A DNA stretch of 64,000 nucleotides from Ignavibacteriota bacterium (GCA_963778945.1 CAVZWL010000014.1:152387-216386); one strand, 5' to 3'; numbered from the stretch's first letter, positions 41,234 to 51,907 are shown. Notes: generated by a model from the sequence alone, not told the origin. Translations and numbers: made by a program.

Positions 41234-43096
41234 TTAAACTTTTTCCAACACTTCCAAATCTATTAAAATTTTCTCGAATTCTGCAATTGCATCGAGCTCT
41301 CGTCTGCCGAGACGGAAATTAAATCCCTCCAGGTATTCTTCACATTCCGGTTTTGTAAGCCCGATACGATGCGCATGTAACGCGCCTGTTTCCCCGTAAT
41401 TTTGTTCTGCCTTTTTAAGTGATGCCTGCAGGATTTCGGCCAATTCCAGTTTCACATCCGGATTCATCGTCTTCTGAACAGCCCAGATGGCAAAGACGAA
41501 TGGAAGCTGTTTCCATTCGTACCATTCCGCGGCAAGATCATAGATTAATTCGAAACCGGCAAGACCATGCTTTTGAGCATGGAGAGCCTCATCGCCGATT
41601 AAAAGTACAGCATCAAATGTCCTATAGTCATTCACACCGGAATTCATTCGGCGGAAGTGCGCCTGTACTCCGTATTTTTTTTCCAACAGCACTCTGAGAA
41701 GCTGAACGGAGGTTGCCGTATCATCGATAATGCCGACGGTTCTGCCCTGCAGGCCTTGCCATCCATGATTCGAAAAAAGCATAACGCTTTTCACTTGATC
41801 ACGCGTTGCAATACAGTAATCAAGAGGTTCCAAATGCTTCTGCTGCTGCAGATAATCGACCAAAGAAAAAAGACCGGCATCCAGCTGCCCCCTTGAGGAC
41901 AATACACCCATACGGCGGGGAGAAACAGGCAAGATCTTGAACTGCCGTTGTTCGATGTTTTCATAGAACGGCACGGAATTCAAATACGGAATTTTTCCTA
42001 CGACATTTTTGCCGTGCAGATTCAACGGATTATAATAAATATCTCTTTCCACCGGAATTTTTCCAGCATCGCGAATCATTTTAATAATTTGTTCTTTTGC
42101 CAGAACTGATGGACTTGTCGCACCTGCATCATGTGCGATTCGTTCGCCTCCCACCGTTCCATCCATATCATCTGCACCGAAATTCAAAGCGATCGATGCA
42201 ACTTCTTCCGTCAGCATGACCCAATAGGCCTTGATATGCGGAAAGTTATCAAGCATCAAACGTGAGACGGCAATCATTTTCAGATCGTCAAGAGCCGAGG
42301 TCGGCTGGTCCGGCGGCTTGATGCCAGTCGTCCCCGGCTGGAATGCTAATGGTATAAAAGAAAGAAAACCCTGGGTCTCATCCTGCAATTCCCGAAGTTT
42401 GCTGAGATGATAAACACGTTCTTCTTTTGTTTCAATGTGGCCGTATAAAATCGTCGCATTCGTCGGAATACCTAAGCTGTGAGCAGTACGATGAATGTCC
42501 AGCCATTTCTCAGATCCTATTTTCTGATGGAAGAGTTCCGTTCTCACGCGTTCTGAAAACACTTCAGCTCCGCCGCCGGGCATCGTTCGCAGTCCGGCTG
42601 CCTTCAGTTGCCGCAAAACATCTTCAATCGGAATTTTAAATTTCTTATGAAAATAATCGATTTCAACCGCAGTGAATGCTTTGATATCTGCATGTGGAAA
42701 TTTTTCGCGGATTCGGCTCAGCATATCCAGGTAATATTCCCACTTCCAGTCTGGATGCAGCCCGCCGGTGATATGTACTTCCTGGATATCGGAGGTAAGC
42801 TTGGCGAGAATTTCTTCTATCGTCATTTCGTATGCTTTCGCTTCGTTTTGCTGCACCGCAAAATCGCAAAACTTGCATGATAAGACGCAGATGTTCGTCG
42901 GTTCGATTTTTTGATTCAGGACGAAGTAAATTGCATCGCCGCTTTTTTGTTTTTGAACAAAATGCGCCATCTTGCCGAGCGAAATAACATCGTTTGTTGC
43001 GAAAAGAGTCAATCCGTCTTCAAGCGATAATCGATCCCCCTTCTGAACTTTTTGCCAGACGGGCTCAAGATTTGTATCCCGGAAATGTATCTCCAT
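41234..43096 (-). CDS. mqnE-mqnA: Fusion protein: aminofutalosine synthase (MqnE, radical SAM) N-terminal half plus chorismate dehydratase (MqnA) C-terminal half
   Basis: The N-terminal half has ..EPTNICVLSCKFCDF..HITGGLHP..IKAFTAVEI..MPGGGAEVF..ILYGHIETKEERVYHLSKLRELQDETQGFLSFIPLAFQ..NFGADDMDGTV..IRDAGKIPVERD. The C-terminal half has VGKIPYLNSVPFY..LDAGLFSLVDY..LLIGDEAL..LPFVFAIWAV (MqnA hallmark, with no SPCPND MqnD motif). The start is set at MEIHFRD (43096). Confidence 0.75.
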   Translation of the reverse strand: MEIHFRDTNLEPVWQKVQKGDRLSLEDGLTLFATNDVISLGKMAHFVQKQKSGDAIYFVLNQKIEPTNICVLSCKFCDFAVQQNEAKAYEMTIEEILAKLTSDIQEVHITGGLHPDWKWEYYLDMLSRIREKFPHADIKAFTAVEIDYFHKKFKIPIEDVLRQLKAAGLRTMPGGGAEVFSERVRTELFHQKIGSEKWLDIHRTAHSLGIPTNATILYGHIETKEERVYHLSKLRELQDETQGFLSFIPLAFQPGTTGIKPPDQPTSALDDLKMIAVSRLMLDNFPHIKAYWVMLTEEVASIALNFGADDMDGTVGGERIAHDAGATSPSVLAKEQIIKMIRDAGKIPVERDIYYNPLNLHGKNVVGKIPYLNSVPFYENIEQRQFKILPVSPRRMGVLSSRGQLDAGLFSLVDYLQQQKHLEPLDYCIATRDQVKSVMLFSNHGWQGLQGRTVGIIDDTATSVQLLRVLLEKKYGVQAHFRRMNSGVNDYRTFDAVLLIGDEALHAQKHGLAGFELIYDLAAEWYEWKQLPFVFAIWAVQKTMNPDVKLELAEILQASLKKAEQNYGETGALHAHRIGLTKPECEEYLEGFNFRLGRRELDAIAEFEKILIDLEVLEKV

Positions 43097-43098
43097 GG

Positions 43099-43510
43099 CT
43101 ATTTCCAAAATTCTTCCCATTGTGAATGGACTTTATTCACGACATCGGGATCCATAACAAGAGGATCCGGATATCCTTTTTTCCACGTTGCATCTATTCC
43201 CATAACACCGGAATAGAGCGGCGAAATTCCCAGCATTTTTTGATTCGTAAAATATACATCGCGCTGGCAGTCAAATCGCGTAAATATGCCCCAAATCGAA
43301 TTCACTTGATCTCTCACGATCGACATCTTCGCTTACTACCGCAATGATGCTGAAAGCCTGAAGTTCCTCGCTCCGGAGTAATTTTTGCAGAACCGGCCTT
43401 CCGCTGTTTTGTGATCCGTTCGATGTTGAAACGCTTGAGCGAACTTTGACGATAAGCAGCGTTTCTTCCCACGATTCCGCATCCACGATTCTTTTATCGG
43501 ATGCGATCAA
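43099..43510 (-). CDS. UbiD-family C-terminal-domain fragment (about 137 aa) with one internal frameshift. It is either a duplicate remnant or a separate small gene.
   Basis: ..ETLLIVKVRSS..AFSIIAVVSEDVD then (I)VRDQVNSIWGIFTRFDCQRDVYF..GVMGIDATWKKGYPDPLVMDPDVVNKVHSQWEEFWK. This repeats the region already present at the end of the upstream full-length UbiD homologue. Confidence 0.55.
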
Positions 43511-43564
43511 CTTGGAGATATGAGAACGCTTCAGACCAGATATCCTTTTACTGGTCTCAGTTGT

Positions 43565-44920
43565 TTATCTTTTCCCGTGTTTTCGCGTTGCATCGATAAT
43601 CATTTTACTGCCCAGTTCCATTTTAAAACTCGTAAAGTCGAGCGTATCCAGCGGGACATTCGGAATCATGACAAAGTCTAAATGCGGATCGAAATTTGCA
43701 TGAATTTCTTTTAGAACGGAAGACCAGTCTTTCGGATCGATATCTTCCGAGACAAGAACCATGCATTTTGTCAGAGATAATTGACTTGTCCCCAGTAACC
43801 CAAGAGCGGTCTTCATCGCTTCCTTCTTATATCGTGCTTCCGTCGAAACAACGAGCAGGTTATGAAAACCAGCTTCATAGTATGCCCAAAGCGAACGAAC
43901 CTCCGAATGCAGAAGCTTGATCAGCGGAGAAAGAATTTGCTGCGATGCATCGCCTAAAAATTTATCTTCCATCGGAGGAATGCCCACAACAGTTGCAGGG
44001 TAAACAGCATTGTTGCGATGCGTAAGAGCTTTGATGTGGAAGACCGGAAAAGGGGCTGCATGGGAGTAATGGCCGAAATGATCGCCAAACGGTCCCTCTT
44101 CTCTCCGCTCGCCGGGGTTCACATATCCCTCCAGTACGAATTCAGCCTGAGCCGGAACATCAATGGCGATGTTTTTTCCGCGTGTGAATGGAATTCTTCT
44201 GCTTCTTAAAAATGCGGCGAACATCGCCTCATCGATACCTTCCGGTAAAGGTGCAATCGTCGCAAGCAGCAATGCCGGATCGGTTCCAAGCGCAACGGAA
44301 ACCGGCAATGATTGATTCATCCGTTCTGCACGATAATAATGGAATCCTCCGCCTTTTTGAATTTGCCAATGCATGCCGGTTGTTGCCGCATCATACACGT
44401 GCATCCGATACATTCCAATATTTCGCTTCCCATCCGCCGGATCGTATGTGACAACCTGTCCCTGCGTAATAAATCGACCTCCATCGCCGGGCCAGCAGGT
44501 TTGAAGCGGCAGCAAATTGAGATCGGGCGGCAGGTCAAGAGACTTGCGAGAATCCAGCTGCAGTTTTATGTGTTTGAGCACGAAGCGCTTTAAAAAGAAT
44601 CGATCGATTCTTCCAGAGTTCCGACGGTTTCGGCGGTAGCAATTTTTCAGCAAAACCTGACAAGTTCTTCGCCAATCTGTACCGGATGCCGGCCTAAAGC
44701 GAGTTCTATCCGGCGTTCTGAAGCATAGACATTGATAGCGAGAGGAAAACGAGCACCTTTTACATTTTCAAAAAGAAGAGCCTGTCTGCCTTCACGAAGA
44801 GCTCGCACGGCAATTTCAGTTATTTCGAGATACGGATCGACCTACTTGCTTGATTCGTCTGAGTTCACCGATAGACTCCAGATACCGAACAAATTCGCCA
44901 AGCGCCGGAAACGTTTGCAT
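43565..44920 (-). CDS. UbiD-family decarboxylase (menaquinone late-step, MqnL-like), about 3 frameshifts in the N-terminal 110 aa
   Basis: [66 protein letters not shown] (hand translation), then ORF 43565..44653 with ..[56 protein letters not shown]. Confidence 0.8.
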
Positions 44921-45473
44921 TATTCCAAATCTCCGGAACGCCATCCTTTTGATTCCCGCACACCGAGAACACCGAGCAATTTTGCGATATATGCATCGAT
45001 ATATTCTTGAACAGAATGCGGAACAAAATAAAGAGGCGGAGAAATCGGCATAATCATACCGCCGTAAGCGGAAATTTTTGCGCATTGTTCGAGCGTAACG
45101 GTTGAGAGCGGAGTTTCCCGTAATGCAGAGAATCAATCGATATCGTTCTTTTAAAGCGACCTGAGCCGTACGCGTAATGAGCGTATCCCCTATCCCCGAT
45201 GCTATTTTCCCTACCGTTGAGATCGAACATGGAAGAATCACCATCGCATCGAATCTGTTGGAGCCTGACGCAGTGAGGAGCCGTTAGGTCATCATCTGAA
45301 AATTGTCTCTTTGCAAAAGAAGCGAATTCTTTTTCCGAAATGCCGAGTTCTTCCTTGACGACCACTTTTCCCCATTTGCTCATAATGAGAAATTTTTCTG
45401 CGTCGCATTGCTTCAGAAATTCCTGCGCAAAGATAACCCCGGAGGATCCGGTCACTCCGACAATAATCCTCAT
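44920..45473 (-). pseudogene. ubiX: UbiX-family flavin prenyltransferase (MqnM-like), at least 3 frameshifts
   Basis: MRIIVGVTGSSGVIFAQEFLK.., ..[37 protein letters not shown].., ..[31 protein letters not shown].. are spread over three frames (hand translation). The stop TAA overlaps the UbiD-like ATG (TAATG). Confidence 0.75.
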
Positions 45474-46313
45474 GGGAAATATACTCCTGCCAGCACCATT
45501 GCAAGAACTGCAAAACCGATAACAGCGTTTATTTTAAAGAACGCCAATTCGACATCTTCCGCTTTTCGATGCTCCAGATATAAAAGATATCCGGAAAAAA
45601 GCAGCAGAGGCAGCGCCGCTACAGCGCGGATTTCCATAGTAAAAAGACAGACCAGTACGGCAAAGGATAAAACATGCAGGCAGGCTGAGATTTTTAAAGC
45701 ATGTTTTCTTCCGAACCGCGAAGTAAAGGAATAAAGCTTCTCACCCCGATCAAATGCTTCATCGAGCGTTGAATAGATCACATCAAAACCGGTGGCCCAA
45801 AAAATCATAAAGAGCGAAAGCATCAATCCGGGAAGCATTCCATTAGTTGTGTTTTTTACTGCAAACCATCCTCCCAGCGGAGCCATCGATAATCCGAAGC
45901 CCACGCCAAAATGTGCAAACGGCGTGAAGCGTTTCATGTAAGGATAGATTAGAAAAATGATAAGGGGAACCGGCGAGAGAGCAAAACAAAAAGGCGATAT
46001 CAATTTTGCGCTGAGTTCATAAAGTGCAAGGCTTCCGACAAGAATAACAAAAGCACCGCCGAGAGGCATCCTTCCGCTTGGCAGTTCCCTGTTTGTAGTC
46101 CGCGGATTGCGTTTATCAATATGCCGGTCGATTATACGATTAAGAGCCAAAGCCGTCGTTCGAGCCCCAAGAGCTGCGGTGAGAATAAGCGCGATCAGTC
46201 TGAACGGCGGCGGTTTTGGGAGAAGCTAAAAAGACGCCGGCAAAGATCAGCGGCAAAGAAAAAAGCGTATGCTCGATCTTGATAAAATCCGTTATGCTTT
46301 TTATTTTTTTCAC
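45470..46313 (-). CDS. UbiA-family aromatic prenyltransferase (MqnP-like), one frameshift near 46205
   Basis: VKKIKSITDFIKIEHTLFSLPLIFAGVFLAS.. then ..ALNRIIDRHIDKRNPRTTNRELPSG (NxxxDxxxD-type motif) ..DVIYSTLDEAFD. The GTG start at 46313 is 10 nt after the metG stop, and there is a 4-nt overlap with ubiX. Confidence 0.8.
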
Positions 46314-46323
46314 ACTGCTCCTC

Positions 46324-48396
46324 TTATTGAACAACCGAGCCAGCCGGCATGTCGCCGCCCGGTTCAATAAATTTCAAATTCCCGCTCGTATCGCCTGCCG
46401 CTAATATCATCCCCTGTGATTCTTGTCCCATAATTTTTGCAGGCCGAAGATTTGCGACAAGAACGACTAATTTTCCGATCAATTCCTCGGGTGCATATGT
46501 TTTTGCAATACCCGCAAGAATCTGCCGCTGTTCAGATCCAAGGTCAACCTGGAGTTTTAAAAGTTTTTCGGATTTCAGAACTTTTTCCGCTTTGAGAACT
46601 TTTGCAATGCGTAAATCGATCTTTGAAAAGTCCTCGATCGTTATGGCCGGTTTAACCGGCACAAAGCCGGGTTTCAGCCCCGTTTCATGACCACCTTCCA
46701 GAAATTTGATAATTTCTTCGATACGGACATCCTCTATTTTTTGAATCAATATTTCAGGTTGAGCCAGAACATGGCCGGACTCAAGCAGAATTTCTGCTGC
46801 AGAATCCCAGCCGTCCTGATACAACGTCGAATCCATCTTCAGAAGTTTCCATATCTTTTCAGATGTAGAAGGAATAACCGGGGCCAGTAAAATTGCCAGC
46901 GTGCGGACTACTTGCAGCGAGACGTAGAGTGTCGATGCGCATTGTTCCGGGTCCGTTTTTTTTGTTTTCCACGGCTCGCTGTCGTTGAAATATTTATTGG
47001 CGGCCCGTGCAAGATTCATAGTTTCCATCAAACCGTCGCGGAACCTGTACTGCTCATAGTATTGCCCGACTGCACCCGGTGATTCCTTGATTTTAAGAAT
47101 CATTTCTGTATCGAGTGAACTCAATTTGCCGGGATGAGGAACTTTGCCTTCGAAATTTTTTTCTGCAAACGCAATGGTACGATTGATAAAATTACCTGCG
47201 ATATCTGCCAGTTCATTATTGATGCGTGCTTGAAAATCTTTCAAATAGAAGTCACTGTCGCTTTTTTCCGGCAAATTGACAGCGAGTGCATAGCGCAGCA
47301 TGTCGGCGGGAAAATGCTTTAAAAAATCTTGTACGTCGATTCCCCATCCCCGGCTCTTTGAAAACTTCTGCCCTTCAAAATTTAAAAATTCGTTGGCAGG
47401 AACGTTTTCAGGCAGGACATATTGTTCTTTCCTGCCGTCATTCCAAGCCATAAGCATGGCTGGAAAAACTATACAATGGAATACGATATTGTCCTTGCCG
47501 ATAAAAGGCACATATTTTGTCTCAGGATCGAGCCAATATTTTTTCCATGCGTCGGGTGTTCCTTTTCCGGCTGCCCATTCCTTGGCGGATGAAATATATC
47601 CGAGCACTGCATCGAACCAGACATAAATGACCTTGTGCTCAAATCCTTTTACCGGGACAGGTACCCCCCATTTAAGATCTCGGGTCACTGCACGGTCCTG
47701 CAATCCGTCTTTGAACCACCCTTCACAGTACCGCAAAACATTTTCTTTCCATGGATCCCGGGCATCGGCATCTTTCAAATATGCTTGCAACCTTGTTTGA
47801 TACCTTCCGAGCGGAAAATACCAATGCAGGGTTTCGCGGACTATCGGCGTGCTTCCGCAAAGCTTGCACTTTGGATCTATCAAATCGATTTGATTCAGCC
47901 ACGTACCGCACGATTCGCATTGATCTCCCCGTGCCTGTGTTGATTTACAATTTGGACATGTTCCTTCAACATACCGATCGGCCAAGAAGAGAGAGTCCTT
48001 TTCGCAGAACAACTGCTGTTCCTTCTTTTCCAGAACAATGCCGTTCTTATGGAATTCTGTAAAGAATTCTGTCGTTGTTGCATAATGCAGAGGCAGAGAC
48101 GTACGGGAATAATTATCGAAGCTCATTTCAAATGCCTCAAAAACCGATTTATTTGCAGGATGATAGCGGTCGATAATGGCCTGCGGGGTTGTATTTTCTT
48201 TTTCCGCAGAGACAGTAATTGCGACCCCGTGCTCGTCTGATCCGCAAAGAAAGAGGACGTCGCGTTTCTTTAAACGTTGATACCGGGCATAGATATCTGC
48301 CGGGAGGTATGCGCCTGCAAGATGTCCGAGATGTAGATAGCCGTTTGCGTATGGCAAAGCGGCGGTGATGAGTATGCGCTTAAATTTTTCAGTCAT
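46324..48396 (-). CDS. metG: Methionyl-tRNA synthetase with a C-terminal tRNA-binding (Trbp111/EMAP-like) domain
   Basis: Intact 690 aa with ..PYANGYLHLGHL (HIGH), the zinc knuckle CPNC..CESCG, KFSKSRG (KMSKS) and the C-terminal ..LKLQVDLGSEQRQILAGI.. Confidence 0.95.
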   Translation of the reverse strand: MTEKFKRILITAALPYANGYLHLGHLAGAYLPADIYARYQRLKKRDVLFLCGSDEHGVAITVSAEKENTTPQAIIDRYHPANKSVFEAFEMSFDNYSRTSLPLHYATTTEFFTEFHKNGIVLEKKEQQLFCEKDSLFLADRYVEGTCPNCKSTQARGDQCESCGTWLNQIDLIDPKCKLCGSTPIVRETLHWYFPLGRYQTRLQAYLKDADARDPWKENVLRYCEGWFKDGLQDRAVTRDLKWGVPVPVKGFEHKVIYVWFDAVLGYISSAKEWAAGKGTPDAWKKYWLDPETKYVPFIGKDNIVFHCIVFPAMLMAWNDGRKEQYVLPENVPANEFLNFEGQKFSKSRGWGIDVQDFLKHFPADMLRYALAVNLPEKSDSDFYLKDFQARINNELADIAGNFINRTIAFAEKNFEGKVPHPGKLSSLDTEMILKIKESPGAVGQYYEQYRFRDGLMETMNLARAANKYFNDSEPWKTKKTDPEQCASTLYVSLQVVRTLAILLAPVIPSTSEKIWKLLKMDSTLYQDGWDSAAEILLESGHVLAQPEILIQKIEDVRIEEIIKFLEGGHETGLKPGFVPVKPAITIEDFSKIDLRIAKVLKAEKVLKSEKLLKLQVDLGSEQRQILAGIAKTYAPEELIGKLVVLVANLRPAKIMGQESQGMILAAGDTSGNLKFIEPGGDMPAGSVVQ

Positions 48397-48399
48397 TGT

Positions 48400-49515
48400 T
48401 TATTCAGCCAAATTCTTTCGTAATCCAAGAGATACATTAATCAGGATAAGAGGAAGGTAGCCATTTTTGTCTATTTGAGCAATTGCCTGATTTGTCAAAT
48501 CAAGGGCACCGATAAGGTTCGCTTGAGGAAAATTCCGGGTAAAGCGTTTCAAACTTTCTTGGTCCCATGCCAATCCAGTATCGTTTCCCGTTTTTTGAAG
48601 CAGGAGGGCTTCTCGCAGCCAGATCTGAAGCAGTTCAAACCAGCGCTGCATGGCCGTCCTGTCATAGGTACTCGCCAATTCTTCAACTGCCTGCAGCATG
48701 GGAACACGCTGTTTGGAAAGGCAAAGGCGTAAAAAATCCACAACCTCCTCGCGCTGAGCGGCCATGTCCGCAGAGACCAGGCGGCGCGCGAGTCCGTAGC
48801 TTCCATTTGACAATCGTGCAGCAAGTCTGCTCTGACCGCTTTCGATTCCGTCGCGCTCTTGCAATGCCTTATCAATATCCTCTTCGATTAAAAGATCGCA
48901 CTGCACCGCCTGGCAGCGAGAAAGAAGAGTAGGCAAAAGGCTGTCTTTGGCCGATGTTGTCAGCAGGATAATGGTGTCCGGCAGAGGCTCTTCCAAAGTC
49001 TTGAGAAGTGAATTACTCGCCTCTTGATTCATCAATTCAGCATTGAAGAGAATAAATATTTTTTTCCCCTCTTCAGAACGCGACATCGAAGATTCCCGTT
49101 TCATGCCGCGTATACTGTTGATTTTTATAAAATTTGCTTTGGGAATTTCAATCTTATGATATGGATCTTCAGCTTTCAATCGAACCTGTTCTCTTACAGT
49201 CAGGATCTGCTCCTCCGTAAGCACGGCAAAGGGATCATCTCCTTGCTTTTCCCCTTTTCCCGCCGGCAAAGGGAAAATGAGTTTAACGTCGGGATGCTGA
49301 AGTGTTTTGAATTTTTTGCAGCTCGGGCATGAGCCGCATGTATCGGGCATACCGGACGAGCAGTTTATTGTCCGTGCAAATTCCAAGGCGAGAGCATCTT
49401 TGCCGATTCCTTCTACACCGTAAAAAAGGTAGGCATGCGCCAGTTGCTTCGTGCGAAGTGTATTTTGCAGCAGGCGCTTGACGCGCTCCTGTCCGATGAT
49501 TTTTGTCCAGCTCAT
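48400..49515 (-). CDS. holB: DNA polymerase III delta-prime subunit
   Basis: ..HAYLFYGVEGIGKDALALEFARTINC..CGSCPSCKK..HPD..LLKTLEEP..LPTLLSRCQ. Confidence 0.85.
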   Translation of the reverse strand: MSWTKIIGQERVKRLLQNTLRTKQLAHAYLFYGVEGIGKDALALEFARTINCSSGMPDTCGSCPSCKKFKTLQHPDVKLIFPLPAGKGEKQGDDPFAVLTEEQILTVREQVRLKAEDPYHKIEIPKANFIKINSIRGMKRESSMSRSEEGKKIFILFNAELMNQEASNSLLKTLEEPLPDTIILLTTSAKDSLLPTLLSRCQAVQCDLLIEEDIDKALQERDGIESGQSRLAARLSNGSYGLARRLVSADMAAQREEVVDFLRLCLSKQRVPMLQAVEELASTYDRTAMQRWFELLQIWLREALLLQKTGNDTGLAWDQESLKRFTRNFPQANLIGALDLTNQAIAQIDKNGYLPLILINVSLGLRKNLAE

Positions 49516-49524
49516 ATGATTTCG

Positions 49525-51583
49525 TCAAAAAGCATGACCGACGCCGAGCTGAATTACTCCTGCAGCAACGGTTTCGGGAAAAAATTTCTTTTCGGTAATC
49601 CAAGCGTTCTCGCCGGCAGCATATGCATCGGGATCGAACACACGCATGCCGAAATCTATACGAATCGGACCGGCAATAGTATTATAGCGCAGGCCGAATC
49701 CTGCCGCCATGGCAATCTGTGAGAAGCGAACTCTCGAAGGTTTCGACCATACATTGCCTATATCATAAAAAAGGACAAACGATATTTTTTCCAAATCGAT
49801 AAAAGAGAAAGACCCTGCGTTTTTAAGAGGATTGAGCCGCGCCTCGAGACTGCCATCGAGAAATGCATCGCCTCCCTGATCATCCGTGCTGTCCACAAAC
49901 CCCAATGAGCGCGCCCTCCATCCGCGTACACTCCCGCTTCCTCCTGAAAAAAATCTATGAGTAAGCGGAACATCAATGGGCGATGAACCGTAAAGCACGG
50001 CAGCGCCAGCATTCCATTTGGTTGCCCAGATTATATCTCGTTTCCCATTCGGATCCCAGTACCACTGGCCAAGTACTGTTGCTTTTACATATTGTGAATA
50101 CGGAAGAATAATGCCAAGATCGCTGCCGAACATTCGCGGCAGCGTACCAGATTCCTCAAGAGATATCGACTGTAAAAATCCATCCGAAGGATAAAAAATA
50201 TCATTCCGTTTATCGCGTTGGAGTGTAACTGTAAGGATGGAATTGAGCTGCTTTGTATACGTACCGATGGTTGTATCGTGCTGAGCAGCGAGTGCCTTTG
50301 GGCTGCTGTACTCTAGAGTCCAATCATAATATGCTTTTGTGTAGGTAGCGGTTTGTGTTATGATTTCAAATTTCTGCTGCAGAACCGGCAAATAATATGT
50401 TGCTTCCTTATCGATGATCCCTGAAACAGTCCAGCTGAGGCTCGTATGATTATTGAGAAAAAGCGGCTGCAAAATTTGAAGAGAAAGATTTAATTTTGCA
50501 ACAAGAGAGCTGTCCCGCAGACCGGTTTGCGAAAAGAGCCTTTTGAACTGAATGTTAAAAATTGACTGGAGGTTTGCATCAAAGCTTATGGAAAAATCGC
50601 GCGCACTTCCAAAAAAATTTCTATTATTATAGCTCGCGCCCATAGAAACATTAAATGCATTGTTCTCGTCGTTGACGCCTATTTCCGGAGAAAGCTCTTC
50701 GAACAACCGCGTACGAACCAGTACATTTGTCGGAATGCTGCGGGATGCCGCTGCCGAAGAAGGAGTCACATTTTCGATTTTTGAAACATCAAAAATTCCG
50801 AGCCGGTTTAAATTCCTCTCGCTCTGGGTCTTTTTTTGTTCACTATAGAAATCCCCCTCCTGATAATCGAGATGCTGAAGAATTGTCGTCGAATCTATAT
50901 GAGCTCTGCGATGCCGTATCTTCCTGTATGCTAATTTTCCCGAATGTATACCTTGCACCCGGTGTATAAGCCAAGATAACGGCAAAATTATTGGTGGAGG
51001 CGTAGCGATGAGCATCGATTGTATCGACCCGCATATGGACATATCCGCTGTTGGCGAGCACAGAGATATCACGCCGGACTTCAGTCTCCAGATTGTCCAA
51101 AATAAACGGGTCATGCAGATGGAGCACAGGACTTGCGATAATGCTTTGCCGGACGTCATCCGGCAAAACGTCCAATCCTTTATAGACGATCGAATCGATT
51201 ATTGAGCGTCTGCCCTCCTTTATTGAAAACAATATGTCAATGGTACTGTGTTCTTTATCGACAACAAATATCGTGTCAATTTTCGCCTGGTAAAAGCCAT
51301 TGCTTTCGTAATACTTCTTGACCGCTAAATAATCTGAGGTAAAAAAGAGAGGATCAAAATATTCAGGTTTTTGACCGATCGATTCGCTGAGATGCGCATA
51401 TATATATTTCCAGAATCCCCAGGGGGATTTTCGCGTCTGCATCAATGAGAGGAGCTGATCCGACTTTATGCTGGTATTGCCGGTAAACCGAAGGTCTCCG
51501 ATTTCTAATTTTCCTGAATTTTCCTGTCCAAAAAGAAAACAGGAAAAAGCAAGAAATAAAAAAAAGGGCGATAAATACCGCAT
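49525..51583 (-). CDS. BamA/TamA-family outer-membrane protein (POTRA plus Omp85 barrel), one frameshift near 50900
   Basis: Signal peptide MRYLSPFFLFLAFSCFLFG and POTRA-like repeats in ORF 50843..51583. The barrel lies in ORF 49525..51159 and ends ..RFFSGGSGSVRGW..IQLGVGHAF. Confidence 0.75.
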
Positions 51584-51593
51584 GAGTCCTCAA

Positions 51594-51623
51594 TAAAAAA
51601 AAACCCAGCACGAAAATGCTGGG
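51594..51623 (-). terminator. Rho-independent terminator (minus strand) after the DUF2795-like gene
   Basis: On the minus strand, cccagca / ttttcg / tgctggg is followed by TTTTTTTTTT (plus-strand coordinates 51604-51623 for the stem, 51594-51603 for the A-run). Confidence 0.65.
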
Positions 51624-51682
51624 CGATGTATATTATTTGTTCATCCCGAATTTAAAAAAACTTAACGATGAGGGATTGAAAA

Positions 51683-51907
51683 TCAATATTCCTTATCATC
51701 CTCATAGAAAAAATCTTCATCCGTAGGATAATCAGACCAAATTTCTTCGATGCTTTCGTACGGTTCATCTGTATCTTCCAATTCCTCTAAATTCTGAATG
51801 ACTTGAGTAGGGGCACCCGTACGTACCGCATAATCGATTAATTCATCTTTTGTTGCCGGCCAAGGGGCATCATCCAGATATGAAGCCAACTCAATGGTCC
51901 AAATCAT
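51683..51907 (-). CDS. Small acidic DUF2795-like protein
   Basis: 74 aa reading ..LASYLDDAPWPATKDELIDYAVRTGAPTQVIQNLEEL.. followed by a D/E-rich tail. Pattern recalled from DUF2795. Confidence 0.6.
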   Translation of the reverse strand: MIWTIELASYLDDAPWPATKDELIDYAVRTGAPTQVIQNLEELEDTDEPYESIEEIWSDYPTDEDFFYEDDKEY

